Both the position numbers and the translations under genes were made by a program. Below, one piece after another: positions 23,317-35,322 of a DNA stretch of 55,842 nt. Numbering within the stretch: the first letter of the stretch is position 1; the number at the start of each line of letters is the position of its first letter. The notes under the pieces were generated by a model. The model did not search any database. It was not told the origin of the DNA and worked only from the letters and a program-made list of their open reading frames with translations. This stretch comes from a virus (Duplodnaviria > Heunggongvirae > Uroviricota > Caudoviricetes): the IMG/VR virus record IMGVR_UViG_2923350032_000003; one strand, written 5' to 3'.

Positions 23317-24703
23317 TGATTTCCATCAACATTACACTCTGATTTTTTAATTCATCGATCACATCCTCTGGACGGGAATCCTGATCGATAAATTTCAACG
23401 CCTGTAACACCCGAACCGCATCAATCTGACGTATATCACCGCCCTGACGCAATGACTGAACAGCCAGCGCGGAGGATGAGTCAAACACCTGGGCAGATAC
23501 ATCCAGTTCAGTGCGCACATCCACATTGCCACCGCAACTCTCTCCGCTCCATTCCGCCATTATCTGGAGAATATTATCGAGGGCATCTTCGAGGGAGTTC
23601 GCCATTGTATAAAGCGGCGAGTGTTCCTGCATCCGCTCTTCATTAGTCTGATCAACAGATTTGGTGGATGTATTTTCAGCCCGCAGAAGTTTAGCGCCGG
23701 CATGACGCATCTGATTTTCCAGCTTCTCAAGTGATGTTTCGCCAGATTCTATCGCTGCGCCACTATGTTCAACATATTCGAGGCCATTTTTTGTTCTGTC
23801 CTCAAAAATCGTAGCCGTGGATGCACCAACCGTCAGTTCTTCATTCCTGTCCAGCCCGTAGGCCACCAGCAATGGAACGCGGGCAACATGAAGAATATTG
23901 TCCTGCTCGCTCTGGCTTTGCCAGTGCTTGATATTCAGCAAGCCAAGATTAAGCAATGGCGGTGTACCACGCATAAACCCTGTTTTCTTCGTATACAGTG
24001 TTACCAGAGGAATATCATCACGGCTGGTATTCCATGACTCATGAAGCATCCAGACAGATTCGCCATTAGTACCTTCGCTGCGTCGATAAATTTCTACTCG
24101 ACGGGGCATAATATGGCGGATCTGCTCCACCTTCTTCTGCCCGAAATCATCACCATCAATAATGATGACCTCTTTTATACGCAAATCAGTGAGAACAACT
24201 TTCCCTTTTTCAACTTTCGATTTCCATCCAATAACCTGGCGTGGATTCAGCATCGTAACGTACGGGCGACCACCGGCCGCGTTTTCATCGGCTTTTGTCC
24301 GAATCTCGTTCATATCCGTTCGTGGATAGTCCACCAGCGCATGTGCCACACCATACTGAAATGCGAGACTGAAAAATTGCTGCGCCCACACATCCAGTCG
24401 GCTCCCCTCCATGTCGATATTTTCTGCATATTCCCTGATTTTTTCCGGCGTTTCCTCACTCAATACTGTCGGCTCTGCAAATATGCGCCCAATATTTTGT
24501 TTGATGCTTTCTTCATACACAGGAAGTAACGTAGCCACAGACAGGCGTTTTTTATAAGCGTCTTCATCTTCATTAGGCCATTTGGGGAGATAATTTTCCC
24601 CCTGCCTGCGCATTTCAAGCGTACCGCCCATCAATGCGTCGTTAATATCCCACGCCTCCAGCATATCGTTATAGTCGAGGTTGGGTGTTGATATATCAGC
24701 CAT
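23297..24703 (-). CDS. Portal protein
   Basis: 468 aa directly downstream of large terminase. Confidence 0.7.
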   Translation of the reverse strand: MADISTPNLDYNDMLEAWDINDALMGGTLEMRRQGENYLPKWPNEDEDAYKKRLSVATLLPVYEESIKQNIGRIFAEPTVLSEETPEKIREYAENIDMEGSRLDVWAQQFFSLAFQYGVAHALVDYPRTDMNEIRTKADENAAGGRPYVTMLNPRQVIGWKSKVEKGKVVLTDLRIKEVIIIDGDDFGQKKVEQIRHIMPRRVEIYRRSEGTNGESVWMLHESWNTSRDDIPLVTLYTKKTGFMRGTPPLLNLGLLNIKHWQSQSEQDNILHVARVPLLVAYGLDRNEELTVGASTATIFEDRTKNGLEYVEHSGAAIESGETSLEKLENQMRHAGAKLLRAENTSTKSVDQTNEERMQEHSPLYTMANSLEDALDNILQIMAEWSGESCGGNVDVRTELDVSAQVFDSSSALAVQSLRQGGDIRQIDAVRVLQALKFIDQDSRPEDVIDELKNQSVMLMEINDANRE

Positions 24704-24705
24704 AA

Positions 24706-26016
24706 TTAAATCCGAAGTGATGTGACTCTTCCGGTCGGTTTGACAATAGGGAATTGCTTAACGATGAAATAACCTCCGGCATCATTCGGGTGATCATTGC
24801 CAGATTTTTTATCAGGCTCCCCCTTATCATCCCAGACCTGTTGCTCCAGAGATTCGGCATATACCGGACAACGCTTCACATTAACTTTATAGCGACGCTC
24901 ACCATTGGCATTGCAGAACATTGCATTCATTGAGTTAACGCGATCTTTTACTGGCGGGTTCGAGCTGTTCACCACAACGTTAAAACCTGCCTGCTTAAGC
25001 TGGGCTATATCCGTCGTACTTGCGTTACTTGATTTTCTGGAATCTCCGGAAGCATCTGGATAAATATAAATCTCCCTCACTTTCCGGTAATCATGCCCGT
25101 CATACAGCCAGAAGCGTTCTTTAATGAGGCGGATCATATCCGGCGTATCGTAGGCATTGATGATTTCAGTTACCGCACATGGAAGCCCCAAACGCAGCAC
25201 ATGGACGATTCCCGCCATCTTTCCAACGTTAAAATCCATCCCAATATAAATCGGCTCCCCTGGCTGCTCCACTTCTTCGCAATTATTCAGTTTCCGGTCA
25301 AACTGATGGTAAACAGTACCACTTGTCAGGTTAGTAAACCGTCCTAGAAGATAGGCTTTAATCAGCTCTGGAGGGTATGATTCAAGAAGTGAAGGAATGT
25401 AATCTGCTGGCAGGTTCTTTTCATTATCGAAAGTAGATGCCTGCACCAGACCATACAGTGAGGCCAGCTCTGTTTTTTCACGCACGGCTTTAACAAACTG
25501 CTCGTAGACAAATTTGAATCCTTCCGGCGTGGTTGTAACGTCAATACCGTTGCGAAGTCCATCAATCTTATAACGCATACGCGCAATTATCTTGCGCCAC
25601 GCCATTCTGGCTTTTTCCTTCGGCAAAATGTCCAGTTCATCCACCAGCGCATTACCAATTTTGAAACCGACGATCGTTTGTGGCTTCTCCATCGATCTGC
25701 AGATAGTGGTTCCCCGATACTGGCGTCCGTAATAAAAGTGAACCTCTTTATTTCCCTCATTAATTTTTACGTTCAATCCCCAGTCAGCAGCAACTTCTTC
25801 CACTGTAGGGTAAAAAATATCGCGAATTTGGGGATACGTTGGCGCAAAATATCCCTGATTTATACCTGGATGCTCCCAAATCCCCTTGCATATGCCGCCA
25901 CACCCAACCCATGTTTTGCCCGAGCCAAAACCAGCAATATAGGCTTTAAATTTATGGGGCATTGAAAGAAATCGCGCCTGAGGCACATTAAGCGTCGGAG
26001 AGATCATCTTCATCAC
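24706..26016 (-). CDS. Terminase large subunit
   Basis: 436 aa with Walker A-like motif AGFGSGKT near the N-terminus. Confidence 0.8.
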   Translation of the reverse strand: MMKMISPTLNVPQARFLSMPHKFKAYIAGFGSGKTWVGCGGICKGIWEHPGINQGYFAPTYPQIRDIFYPTVEEVAADWGLNVKINEGNKEVHFYYGRQYRGTTICRSMEKPQTIVGFKIGNALVDELDILPKEKARMAWRKIIARMRYKIDGLRNGIDVTTTPEGFKFVYEQFVKAVREKTELASLYGLVQASTFDNEKNLPADYIPSLLESYPPELIKAYLLGRFTNLTSGTVYHQFDRKLNNCEEVEQPGEPIYIGMDFNVGKMAGIVHVLRLGLPCAVTEIINAYDTPDMIRLIKERFWLYDGHDYRKVREIYIYPDASGDSRKSSNASTTDIAQLKQAGFNVVVNSSNPPVKDRVNSMNAMFCNANGERRYKVNVKRCPVYAESLEQQVWDDKGEPDKKSGNDHPNDAGGYFIVKQFPIVKPTGRVTSLRI

Positions 26017-27082
26017 TCCTTAATCTGGCATCAACCACATTAATATTGATCGCCACAGGCTGGGGATGTTCATTATCCTCCACCGTTTCGATCTCTTTGC
26101 GCAGCTTCTGGTTCTCTATTCTGCGCCGTTCAATTTCCAGTTCCTGTAGCCGCTTATCTGCACATAATGCCCCGCCAGCAGAAAGCAAACGCAACAATTC
26201 ACGCCGGGCGGCAGCCTTATCCTCCAGCAGGATCTCAACACCGTATTTTCCGAGCTTTGACCCTGCATATAATTGCCGCGCATCCCCATCAAGCAGTGTG
26301 GTATCAGCCATATAAAGCTGTCCTGTTCCCTCACCGCAGCACTTCGGGCAATCAGGATTGGGTATGGCGTTATCAACAAAGCCGAGGCCTCCATATTCCG
26401 GCTCGGGTTTACCATCTCTGGAGGCCTGTGCCGCAGCCTTATCGAATTCTGCAATATCACGCCACTGGTAGAGATGATTCTCGCCCCAGCAATAACGGCA
26501 GTTAACACGGCGAAATTGTGCCAACTGATTGGGGTCGGCCTGGACAATGGCCATCAACTGGCTCACCAGTAAATCCAGGTCTGCGGTATAGCGTTTCTGG
26601 TACTGATTGCGGAAGTAGCTGATAGCACGATAAACCCTGGCATTTCTAAGCATACGGCTGGCGTTGCTGTTAGCTGTCGCACCTTGCCCCTCATAACCAG
26701 CCAGTCGGTATGCCTCTGTCGGCTTTTTCCCCTGAGCAACCAACATGGCGAATTTTGCCTGCTGGTCAGAAATACCGAATTCATCGGGGCAGAACGAAAT
26801 TTCTTCCGTGTCCCCCTCAATCAGGAGTGCATCGGATACAGCCTTTTTTTTCTGAGATTTTCCGTTCTGCCTTTGCGCAGTCTGCGCAGTTTTTTTTCGC
26901 GCACTTTTTTGCGCAGTTTTGCGCATTTCTTTCTGCGCATTTTTCGGAGTTTTTTTGATGTAACGACGGGCTGTTGCGTAGTTCAGTCCCCTTGCTTCAC
27001 ACCATGCCACCGGAGATATACCGGAGCGGGTGTATTCAGCAATATACTCCTGCTGCAACGCCCCCCAGTCCGGTCTGCTCAT
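25988..27082 (-). CDS. Terminase small subunit (with N-terminal extension)
   Basis: 364 aa; internal segment resembles small-terminase DNA-binding domain; position upstream of TerL. Confidence 0.55.
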   Translation of the reverse strand: MSRPDWGALQQEYIAEYTRSGISPVAWCEARGLNYATARRYIKKTPKNAQKEMRKTAQKSARKKTAQTAQRQNGKSQKKKAVSDALLIEGDTEEISFCPDEFGISDQQAKFAMLVAQGKKPTEAYRLAGYEGQGATANSNASRMLRNARVYRAISYFRNQYQKRYTADLDLLVSQLMAIVQADPNQLAQFRRVNCRYCWGENHLYQWRDIAEFDKAAAQASRDGKPEPEYGGLGFVDNAIPNPDCPKCCGEGTGQLYMADTTLLDGDARQLYAGSKLGKYGVEILLEDKAAARRELLRLLSAGGALCADKRLQELEIERRRIENQKLRKEIETVEDNEHPQPVAININVVDARLRSDEDDLSDA

Positions 27083-27085
27083 CAG

Positions 27086-27295
27086 TTAGTCCTGATTTTT
27101 ATCCACCCTGAGTAGTTCGCGCAGAGCAAAGGCATCCCCTTTTCTGGCAAGCTTAAACAATGCCGCTCGTAACTCGGCTTCACCTTTCGCTCTGCCCTTA
27201 CGGATGGCCGCATAAAAATCTGTCATTGCTTCCCGATTTTCTTTCAGTCGGTTCAGATCAACATCCAGAACGTCAGCGATTTGTTGTGCAGTCAT
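27086..27295 (-). CDS. Small putative DNA-binding protein
   Basis: About 69 aa from MTAQQIADVLDV...; HTH-like; start chosen to avoid overlap with upstream gene. Confidence 0.3.
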   Translation of the reverse strand: MTAQQIADVLDVDLNRLKENREAMTDFYAAIRKGRAKGEAELRAALFKLARKGDAFALRELLRVDKNQD

Positions 27296-28205
27296 CCGGC
27301 ACGCTGCCAGAGACTCGACTTTCGAATACGGAATCATTTGTCACCCCCATTGATATGCAGGGTGTCTTCTTCCTGTATTTTTCGTGAAGGATTTTTACTG
27401 CAGCGTTGTTCCAGGTGACCTGATGGTGAATGCGTTTATGGCTGGCACCCATCAGTGAGATTTTTACGCACGACGGCGAATACATGACGGAGTAAAAACT
27501 TTTAACGTAGGTTCCGGAATCCAGATACAGCTCGGTCATTCCGCCGCTGTTTTTCTGCGTCTGTTTCTGCCCTAACTGGACAGCACCGATCGTCATAAAC
27601 AATTCACCACAGCGACCGAGATTCGTGTACGTATTCACATCCTCGTTAATGCGCCCCATGAATGAGAACGGTCGATCAACCGAACAGATAAAGCTGTTCA
27701 TTGCCTTGCGTTTCACCCACGAAGCATGGCCGCCATTGTCACCAAGAAAATCCCCGCCCTGCGACATAGCGATGGAAAGCGCGGGTATTGATTCGTAATA
27801 CGCCAGCATTTCAGAAAGGATCGCATCCAGTTTCCTTATCGGGAAATAGGCCTGGTCATAGTTGCGATCCACCCGAAACTGGAACTCGTGATAATCATCA
27901 TCGAGCTGAATGAAGTATTTACACCCGACCAGTTTTGCCAGGTCGAAACAGGCATTACGGGCGTAAAAAATTGAGCGGCGATCACCAAAATTATCGGCTT
28001 CGTCAAAACGACTGGCAATATCGGCTTTGGAAAATACCAGCACCTGTTCACCAAATTCAGCCATGTACTGATGCCGTGTCTTATCTTCATCATCAACAAC
28101 GATAAAAATTTTCCCGGTATAGCCAGCACGACGCAACGTCCGGTAAGTCAGAACTTTGTCCGGTCGCCCGTGAGTCAGAATAAAGGCGCAAAAATCATCA
28201 CGCAT
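27273..28205 (-). CDS. Hypothetical protein with GT-A-like glycosyltransferase features (DxD-type motif QLDDDY)
   Basis: 310 aa from MRDDFCAFILTHGRPDKV...; start overlaps the stop of the ParB-like gene (ATGCGTGATGA). Confidence 0.35.
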   Translation of the reverse strand: MRDDFCAFILTHGRPDKVLTYRTLRRAGYTGKIFIVVDDEDKTRHQYMAEFGEQVLVFSKADIASRFDEADNFGDRRSIFYARNACFDLAKLVGCKYFIQLDDDYHEFQFRVDRNYDQAYFPIRKLDAILSEMLAYYESIPALSIAMSQGGDFLGDNGGHASWVKRKAMNSFICSVDRPFSFMGRINEDVNTYTNLGRCGELFMTIGAVQLGQKQTQKNSGGMTELYLDSGTYVKSFYSVMYSPSCVKISLMGASHKRIHHQVTWNNAAVKILHEKYRKKTPCISMGVTNDSVFESRVSGSVPDDCTTNR

Positions 28206-28516
28206 ATTCCTCCTCCTCCTCCCCGCCATGCATGATCTCCACCATGCGCTGCGTCATTCGGACAAATCCATTTTCAATAGCCTGCTGATAATCAATGATC
28301 ACCAGCGCCGACTCCTCGAAAAGGCACTGAATTTCAGCGGGGGCATGAGCGTAATAGTCCGCAATTCTGCTGAAATTAAACACTGTGTGACGTTCTGCCG
28401 CACACAGGAGGAATTTCTCAATATCAGGATCAAGGGACGCCGAACGTATCCGGCTGATCAGCTCCTGAGTTTTCGTATCGTCGTACAGTTCACTGATATC
28501 CGGTTTACTGTAGTGG

Positions 28517-29914
<1,398 letters not shown>

Positions 29915-30390
29915 TAGGTCCGACAGCTCCATCCGCAACAGATCTTCATCCCAGCCAGCATTCATCGGCAGGCGATTATCTGCCAGGCGGTACGCCTTTT
30001 TCTGCTCATCCGTCAGGCCAGACAGAACAATGACCGGAACAGAATCCATTTTGAGCATTTCAGCCGCCATAACACGACCGTGACCCGCAATAATTTCGCC
30101 CTTTTCGTCAATCAGCACCGGATTAGTCCAGCCGAATTGCTTAATACTTTCTACCAGTTGTGCCACCTGCTCAGTACTGTGCGTCCTGGCGTTGTGCGCA
30201 TACGGTGACAATTCTTGTAATGGGCGATAGACTATCTTTAATTTCTCGCTCATACAGCCTTGCTTTATGAATAAAACGCACCCCAGCAGCCAGTGCTACT
30301 GGGGGCGGAGGTGTTGCTGGTAAAGTTAGGTATTGGATCAATGAGTGAGTCAACATAATATTAAACTCACAATTATAAATCAGCCATATA

Positions 30391-31848
30391 TTAGGAGCGC
30401 CAAAAAAAACCTGAAAACAATATAATAACAGGATAAATTTCAAGGCGACCAAGAATCATAGCTATGCACATTAAATATTTTGCAATGTCATTAAGCACTC
30501 CGAATGACGATGCAGTAGCCCCAAAACCTAATCCCATATTATTAATACATGCAGCCACTGTTGCAAATGATGTAAGAAAATCATATCCCATACCATTTAA
30601 CACCAGTATAAAAAACACCGTGAAGAGAGTATAAAGAAAAAAGAAACTCCATACAGACCTCATTACACGATCTGTAACTATCTTCCCTCCTACATTTACA
30701 CTCAACAACGCTCTGGGATGAGAAAGCTGATTTATCTCGTGTTTGCTTTGTTTGAAAAGTATAAGAAATCGAAGTGACTTAATTCCACCACAGGTTGAAC
30801 CTATACATCCCCCAAAGAAACTTGACAACAGCAAAAACACTATCGTGTGCGTGGGCCAGTTTGCATAATCCTGCGTAGCTAAACCATTATCAGTGAGCAT
30901 GGAGCTGGCAAGAAAAAACGAATGAATAAAACTTCCATGCAAGTCATACATACCTATATGCCAGACCTGGAAAGAGGTAACAATGATCACCCCTAAGGCT
31001 ATTAACAGAAAGAAACGAAGTTCAATATCTCTGATTAAAGGTTTTATCGTTTTTCTGCTAATAACAATATACCAAAGAGTGAAGTTGAAAGCCGATAGCA
31101 GGGAAAAAGAACCAGCCACCAGCTCAACCAAATAGTTATTAAAATATCCGATACTCTCGCTATGAGTTGAGAAACCACCAAGCGAAACTGTGGAAATCCC
31201 GTGACAAATAGCATCAAACAAAGGCATTCCTGCAAGTCTATAACAGACAATACAAGCAATACCTAATAAAGAATAAGTTATCCACAGTGTCCGTGACGTA
31301 TCGGCCAGGCGGGGAGTGAGTTTGTCATCCTTAAATGGCCCCGGCATTTCTGACTGATAAAGCTTTGCACCACCAATACCCAATAATGGCAATACTGCAA
31401 CCGCCAGAACAATAACTCCTAAACCACCTATAAAATTTAACTGTGACCGATAGTACAAATATGCCCGAGGTAATGAACTAACATCATCAATTACAGTTGC
31501 TCCTGTTGTTGTTATTCCAGAAACCCCTTCAAACAGAGCATCAATGAACGTTAAATTAAGTTCTGAGTCAAACCATAAAGGGAATGCACTAATAACAGAA
31601 AACAAAATCCAAAACATTACAATTATAATAAACCCATCACGGGTACGTAATTGAATGCCAGATTTCTTAGTTGTATACCACGCTCCGCCACCAATGCAAA
31701 AAAATATAACGAAAGTTATAAAGAAAACGAACAGGCTTTTTTCTTTATAAAACAATGCTACAACCATTGGTGGCAACATTGAAAGACTATAGAGCCAAAC
31801 CAGGAACCCACACATATGAGTAACAACTCTTACATGAGATGTATTCAT
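30391..31848 (-). CDS. trkG: Potassium uptake protein TrkG (Rac prophage moron)
   Basis: 485 aa from MNTSHVRVVTHMCGF...; multi-pass membrane protein of Trk family. Confidence 0.85.
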   Translation of the reverse strand: MNTSHVRVVTHMCGFLVWLYSLSMLPPMVVALFYKEKSLFVFFITFVIFFCIGGGAWYTTKKSGIQLRTRDGFIIIVMFWILFSVISAFPLWFDSELNLTFIDALFEGVSGITTTGATVIDDVSSLPRAYLYYRSQLNFIGGLGVIVLAVAVLPLLGIGGAKLYQSEMPGPFKDDKLTPRLADTSRTLWITYSLLGIACIVCYRLAGMPLFDAICHGISTVSLGGFSTHSESIGYFNNYLVELVAGSFSLLSAFNFTLWYIVISRKTIKPLIRDIELRFFLLIALGVIIVTSFQVWHIGMYDLHGSFIHSFFLASSMLTDNGLATQDYANWPTHTIVFLLLSSFFGGCIGSTCGGIKSLRFLILFKQSKHEINQLSHPRALLSVNVGGKIVTDRVMRSVWSFFFLYTLFTVFFILVLNGMGYDFLTSFATVAACINNMGLGFGATASSFGVLNDIAKYLMCIAMILGRLEIYPVIILFSGFFWRS

Positions 31849-31985
31849 ATCTAAATATTCTTTCAATTATAACCACCTTGCTGCAATATTATGATTATAC
31901 TGTATAAAATTTAACTCCTCTTAGATCTTACTTCACTGTTCCTTATGAAACAATCATCAAAATGAATCATATTGTAGTTAAGATT

Positions 31986-32450
31986 TTACTTTAAACACTG
32001 TTCGGTTATGTATTGCTGAGCACCTTCAAGTTGGGCCTGCATCATTACCAGTCGTTCCCGGAGGGTGAAATAATCCCGTTCAGCGGTGTCTGCCAGTCTG
32101 GGGGAGACTGCATTATCCACGCTGGAGGTGGCGGTGGCTTCACGCACTGACTGACAGACTGCTTTGATGCGCAACCGACGACGACCAGCGGCAACATCAT
32201 CACGCAGAGCATCATTTTCAGCTTTCGCATCAGCTAACTCCTTCGTGTATTTTGCATCGAGCGCAGCAACATCACGCTGACGCATCTGCATGTCAGTAAT
32301 TGCCGCGTTCGCCAGCTTCAGTTCTCTGGCATTTTTGTCGCGCTGTTCTTTGTAGGCGATGGCGTTATCACGGTAATGATTAACACCCCATGACAGGCAG
32401 ACGACGATGCAGATAACCAGAGCGGAGATAATCGCGGTTACTCTGTTCAT
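31986..32450 (-). CDS. rzpR: Spanin inner-membrane subunit Rz
   Basis: 154 aa from [11 protein letters not shown]...; N-terminal TM helix then coiled coil; start overlaps endolysin stop (ATGA). Confidence 0.75.
   Translation of the reverse strand: MNRVTAIISALVICIVVCLSWGVNHYRDNAIAYKEQRDKNARELKLANAAITDMQMRQRDVAALDAKYTKELADAKAENDALRDDVAAGRRRLRIKAVCQSVREATATSSVDNAVSPRLADTAERDYFTLRERLVMMQAQLEGAQQYITEQCLK
32045..32230 (-). CDS. rzoR: Spanin outer-membrane lipoprotein subunit Rz1 (embedded in Rz, +1 frame)
   Basis: 61 aa, lipobox LVVVGC, Pro-rich; entirely inside Rz. Confidence 0.75.
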   Translation of the reverse strand: MRKLKMMLCVMMLPLVVVGCASKQSVSQCVKPPPPPAWIMQSPPDWQTPLNGIISPSGNDW

Positions 32451-32944
32451 TGCTGACCCCACAAACAGATTTCACGCTCAATCTCACGACGAGTCATGAG
32501 ACCTTTCCATTGCTTACCGCCAGCATATGTCCAGCGACGTAGCTGATCACATGCGCCTTTGATATCGCCCTGGTTTATTTTGCGAAGAAGCGTCGATGTT
32601 CTGAAATTGCCAGCACCCACGTTGTAAACGAATGAGTAAAGAGCGCCGCGCGTTGTTTCCGGTATATCGACTTTGATGTACGGGTTAATTTGTCTGGCGA
32701 CCGTGGCAAGGTCTTTATTCAAGAGTGTTTTGCATTCTGCTTTGGTATACGTTTTACCGAGCATGATGTCTTTTCCTGTATGCCCGTGACATACAGTCCA
32801 TACACCAACAATATCTTTGTATGGTATGTAGCTGACACCTTCCAGACCATCGTTACCACTTGGGCCAGTGATTAACACTGATGCTATAGCAATTGCTCCG
32901 CCACCAATAGCAGCAGCAACGACTTTTCGTAATGATGGAGGCAT
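32447..32944 (-). CDS. SAR endolysin (T4-lysozyme-like muramidase, phage 21 R-type)
   Basis: 165 aa; N-terminal Gly/Ala-rich weakly hydrophobic SAR segment [16 protein letters not shown] followed by lysozyme domain. Confidence 0.8.
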   Translation of the reverse strand: MPPSLRKVVAAAIGGGAIAIASVLITGPSGNDGLEGVSYIPYKDIVGVWTVCHGHTGKDIMLGKTYTKAECKTLLNKDLATVARQINPYIKVDIPETTRGALYSFVYNVGAGNFRTSTLLRKINQGDIKGACDQLRRWTYAGGKQWKGLMTRREIEREICLWGQQ

Positions 32945-33159
32945 TATTCACCTCTCGCAGCCTTGCGCTTATCTTCTTTAATCTTGAAATAAAGGTTTGT
33001 CAGGTACGTCAGTAGGCCAAATACCAGACTACCCAGCACACCGATTGCAGCCCACTGTGACGGAGTTACTCTATCGAGCAACTGTAAAAACCAGTAGCCA
33101 GCACTGCCTGCGGAGGTGCCGTAGGCAATGCCTGTTGAAATTTTGTCCATGGATTTCAT
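32944..33159 (-). CDS. Pinholin (phage 21 S-type) with dual-start motif
   Basis: 71 aa from [14 protein letters not shown]...; Met1 and Met4 dual start; two TM segments. Confidence 0.75.
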   Translation of the reverse strand: MKSMDKISTGIAYGTSAGSAGYWFLQLLDRVTPSQWAAIGVLGSLVFGLLTYLTNLYFKIKEDKRKAARGE

Positions 33160-33257
33160 AGCCTCACCTCCGCACGGAACGGATGGCATAGTTATTATGT
33201 GTAGGCTTTCAGACACATCAATCAGAGCCTTAATTGATATATATGCTGGAGACGATG

Positions 33258-33286
33258 CAATATAAAAAGCTCGCCGTAGCGAGCTA
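33258..33286 (-). terminator. Intrinsic terminator downstream of TolA-like lipoprotein gene
   Basis: AGCTCGC-TACG-GCGAGCT hairpin followed by TTTTTATA on the - strand. Confidence 0.5.
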
Positions 33287-33410
33287 ATAAAATGTATTTC
33301 TCTGATATTATGTTTATTTGTATTAGCTCAGACTTGACATCACAGGTTTCGTATATAGAACATCATCAAATCTGTCAGTTTGCTATGAATGAGATATAGT
33401 AATTGAAGAG

Positions 33411-33806
33411 CTAACCTCGCATGTCAAAGCCAGATTTCTGAAAATCTCTGTAGACTTCCGGATTGTTGAAGGCCGGAAATTTGGCTTTATGAGCTGCGGA
33501 CTTTATCGCTTCGCAATAGGCTTTATCACCGTTACTGGTAGATATTTTTAACGCCGTGCCATCCTGAGAGAATTCCATATGCAACCTGCATTTTTTCCCT
33601 TTCCAGTTATGCGGCTCATCAAGTTTGGCATTAATTGCAGCTCTGATTCCCCGCGCTTGCGCCCCCCATTCATCCTGATCATCCCAGCGTCCTGAACTGC
33701 AACTACCTGTAGCAGTAGTTTTGTGGCAATCTGAAGGGTGTAAAGGTGTGCATCCCGCAACAAAACCGACCCAAAAAGTCAACATAACGATTTTCTTTAA
33801 TCCCAC
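33411..33806 (-). CDS. Lipoprotein with TolA C-terminal (domain III)-like region
   Basis: 131 aa; signal peptide with lipobox VAGC; C-terminal region shares the K-x-C-x-L...C...P..P..VY..FQ pattern with the paralog below. Confidence 0.55.
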   Translation of the reverse strand: MGLKKIVMLTFWVGFVAGCTPLHPSDCHKTTATGSCSSGRWDDQDEWGAQARGIRAAINAKLDEPHNWKGKKCRLHMEFSQDGTALKISTSNGDKAYCEAIKSAAHKAKFPAFNNPEVYRDFQKSGFDMRG

Positions 33807-33956
33807 TTCTTGCTCCTCAATCCATTAAAATCTCAGCAATAGTAGTTGTTACGTCCGCCACTGGCTCAGAGCTGACTATCCGCTAAATTTAGCTCAGTGC
33901 CGTAGCTGTGTCAGAACAAACCTAAGCCGAAACCGTTTATTACAAAACAATAAATA

Positions 33957-34385
33957 TCAGGGTTTAAAATCCAGCACCCCATTTTGAAATACTTTATATA
34001 CTTCCGGCGAAGGGGGGGCAGGTATATCAGCATTCTTTATCGCATTCATCGCTTCACGACATAAATCGAGGTCTCCACTTTCTCTTTTAACCTCCAGTAG
34101 AAGGCCATTCGGGGCCATATGCATTCTCAGTGTACACTCTTTTCCTGAATACTTACTCGCATCCCCGAACTGTTTTTCGATGGCGCTCTTGATTTGATGG
34201 GCATACAGACGGATATCCTCACTAACATCAGAAGTACGTTCAGATGAACTCACATACTGTGTCTCTATTGCTTTATCGGAGTAATATGATGTACGGTCAT
34301 GATAATTTGTCGATACAGCATCAGTGCACCCGATAATAATCCCACTAATAATCAACGTAAGAATTGATGCGCTACGAAAACCCAT
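33957..34385 (-). CDS. Lipoprotein with TolA C-terminal (domain III)-like region
   Basis: 142 aa; lipobox IIGC; C-terminal roughly 80 aa close to the recalled E. coli TolA C-terminus (YAGQIKSAIESKFYDASSYAGKTCTLRIKLAPDG...VYEVFKNAPLDFKP). Confidence 0.65.
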   Translation of the reverse strand: MGFRSASILTLIISGIIIGCTDAVSTNYHDRTSYYSDKAIETQYVSSSERTSDVSEDIRLYAHQIKSAIEKQFGDASKYSGKECTLRMHMAPNGLLLEVKRESGDLDLCREAMNAIKNADIPAPPSPEVYKVFQNGVLDFKP

Positions 34386-34414
34386 TTTTCCTCACATATG
34401 TCATATAGTAAAGG

Positions 34415-34444
34415 ATTATATATACCGTTGTTTTGGACGCTCAA
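34415..34444 (-). promoter_or_regulatory. Sigma70-like promoter for the TolA-like lipoprotein genes
   Basis: On - strand TTGAGC, 18-nt spacer, TATAAT, then GAGG ribosome binding site before the ATG at 34385. Confidence 0.4.
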
Positions 34445-34975
34445 ACAGCGAATCAGATCAAATAAAACGCACATTTGTTAACATTTACACAAAGTCTGCG
34501 TGGGATATTCTGAAAGAATATCCATAATGTGGAGAGAATCTATTGAAGTGCATGGTGCCGGGTGCCTCCCGGTGAACAAAATGTTCGTGATACCTGTCGG
34601 CGACAGAAAAGGTTAATGGTATCACCCCACCGCACAGGGGGATTCACCATGCAGGAGTTTTCTTAGCAAACTCACTGCGCGCCCGGCAACTCCCAACCAC
34701 ATAAAATGCGGAGTTTGTGGTATTTATGCATATAACTCGCAGGAATTATCTTAAAAAACTGATGTCGATCCGGATTAAAAAGAAGCAGGTCATCATCAGA
34801 TGACTGGAAAAAAGGAAAACAAAAAATACTCATCATACAGTTTTGATTGCAGGGATGAGCCTGCTATGCACAATATGCAGAATATAAGCAAGATAAAAAT
34901 ATGCAGGCATATTATTTCGGATTTTGTTATTAACACAACCTTTTTAATAATCATTTGGCATACAATAAACCAGCC

Positions 34976-35002
34976 CAAAAAGAACCGCCTAAACAGGCGG
35001 TT
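34976..35002 (-). terminator. Intrinsic terminator-like hairpin in the Q-to-lysis intergenic region
   Basis: AACCGCC-loop-GGCGGTT followed by CTTTTT on the - strand. Confidence 0.45.
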
Positions 35003-35322
35003 GGTCAATACAAAGGATGCTTCGTCTTTATTATAGTAATCTGAGGCGTCGGGTGTCTTGTATCAGACAACATATTGTCCCGCTAAACAGCGAATTACAA
35101 ACCACCCTGCAATGATCTCTCATCTCATTTTATATGAGTTGACGACATCAGGATAACGCATCATCAGCCCCTGCCAAGAAATATCAAAACTCCCGCCAGC
35201 AATGTGTTATCACAATATTGTAAAAAAAACACAGCACCGAAACTATAACTGGTCTCTGTTATAATTTGGAGCAGAAAGACCAGTTGCCCAACTAGCAGCA
35301 TTCTCCCCTGCTTTCCTGACGT

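Noticed and set aside
34796-35036. 70-aa and 78-aa ORFs on opposite strands in the Q-to-lysis spacer
   Set aside because: Mutually overlapping, low-complexity, and running through a terminator hairpin; no ribosome binding sites.
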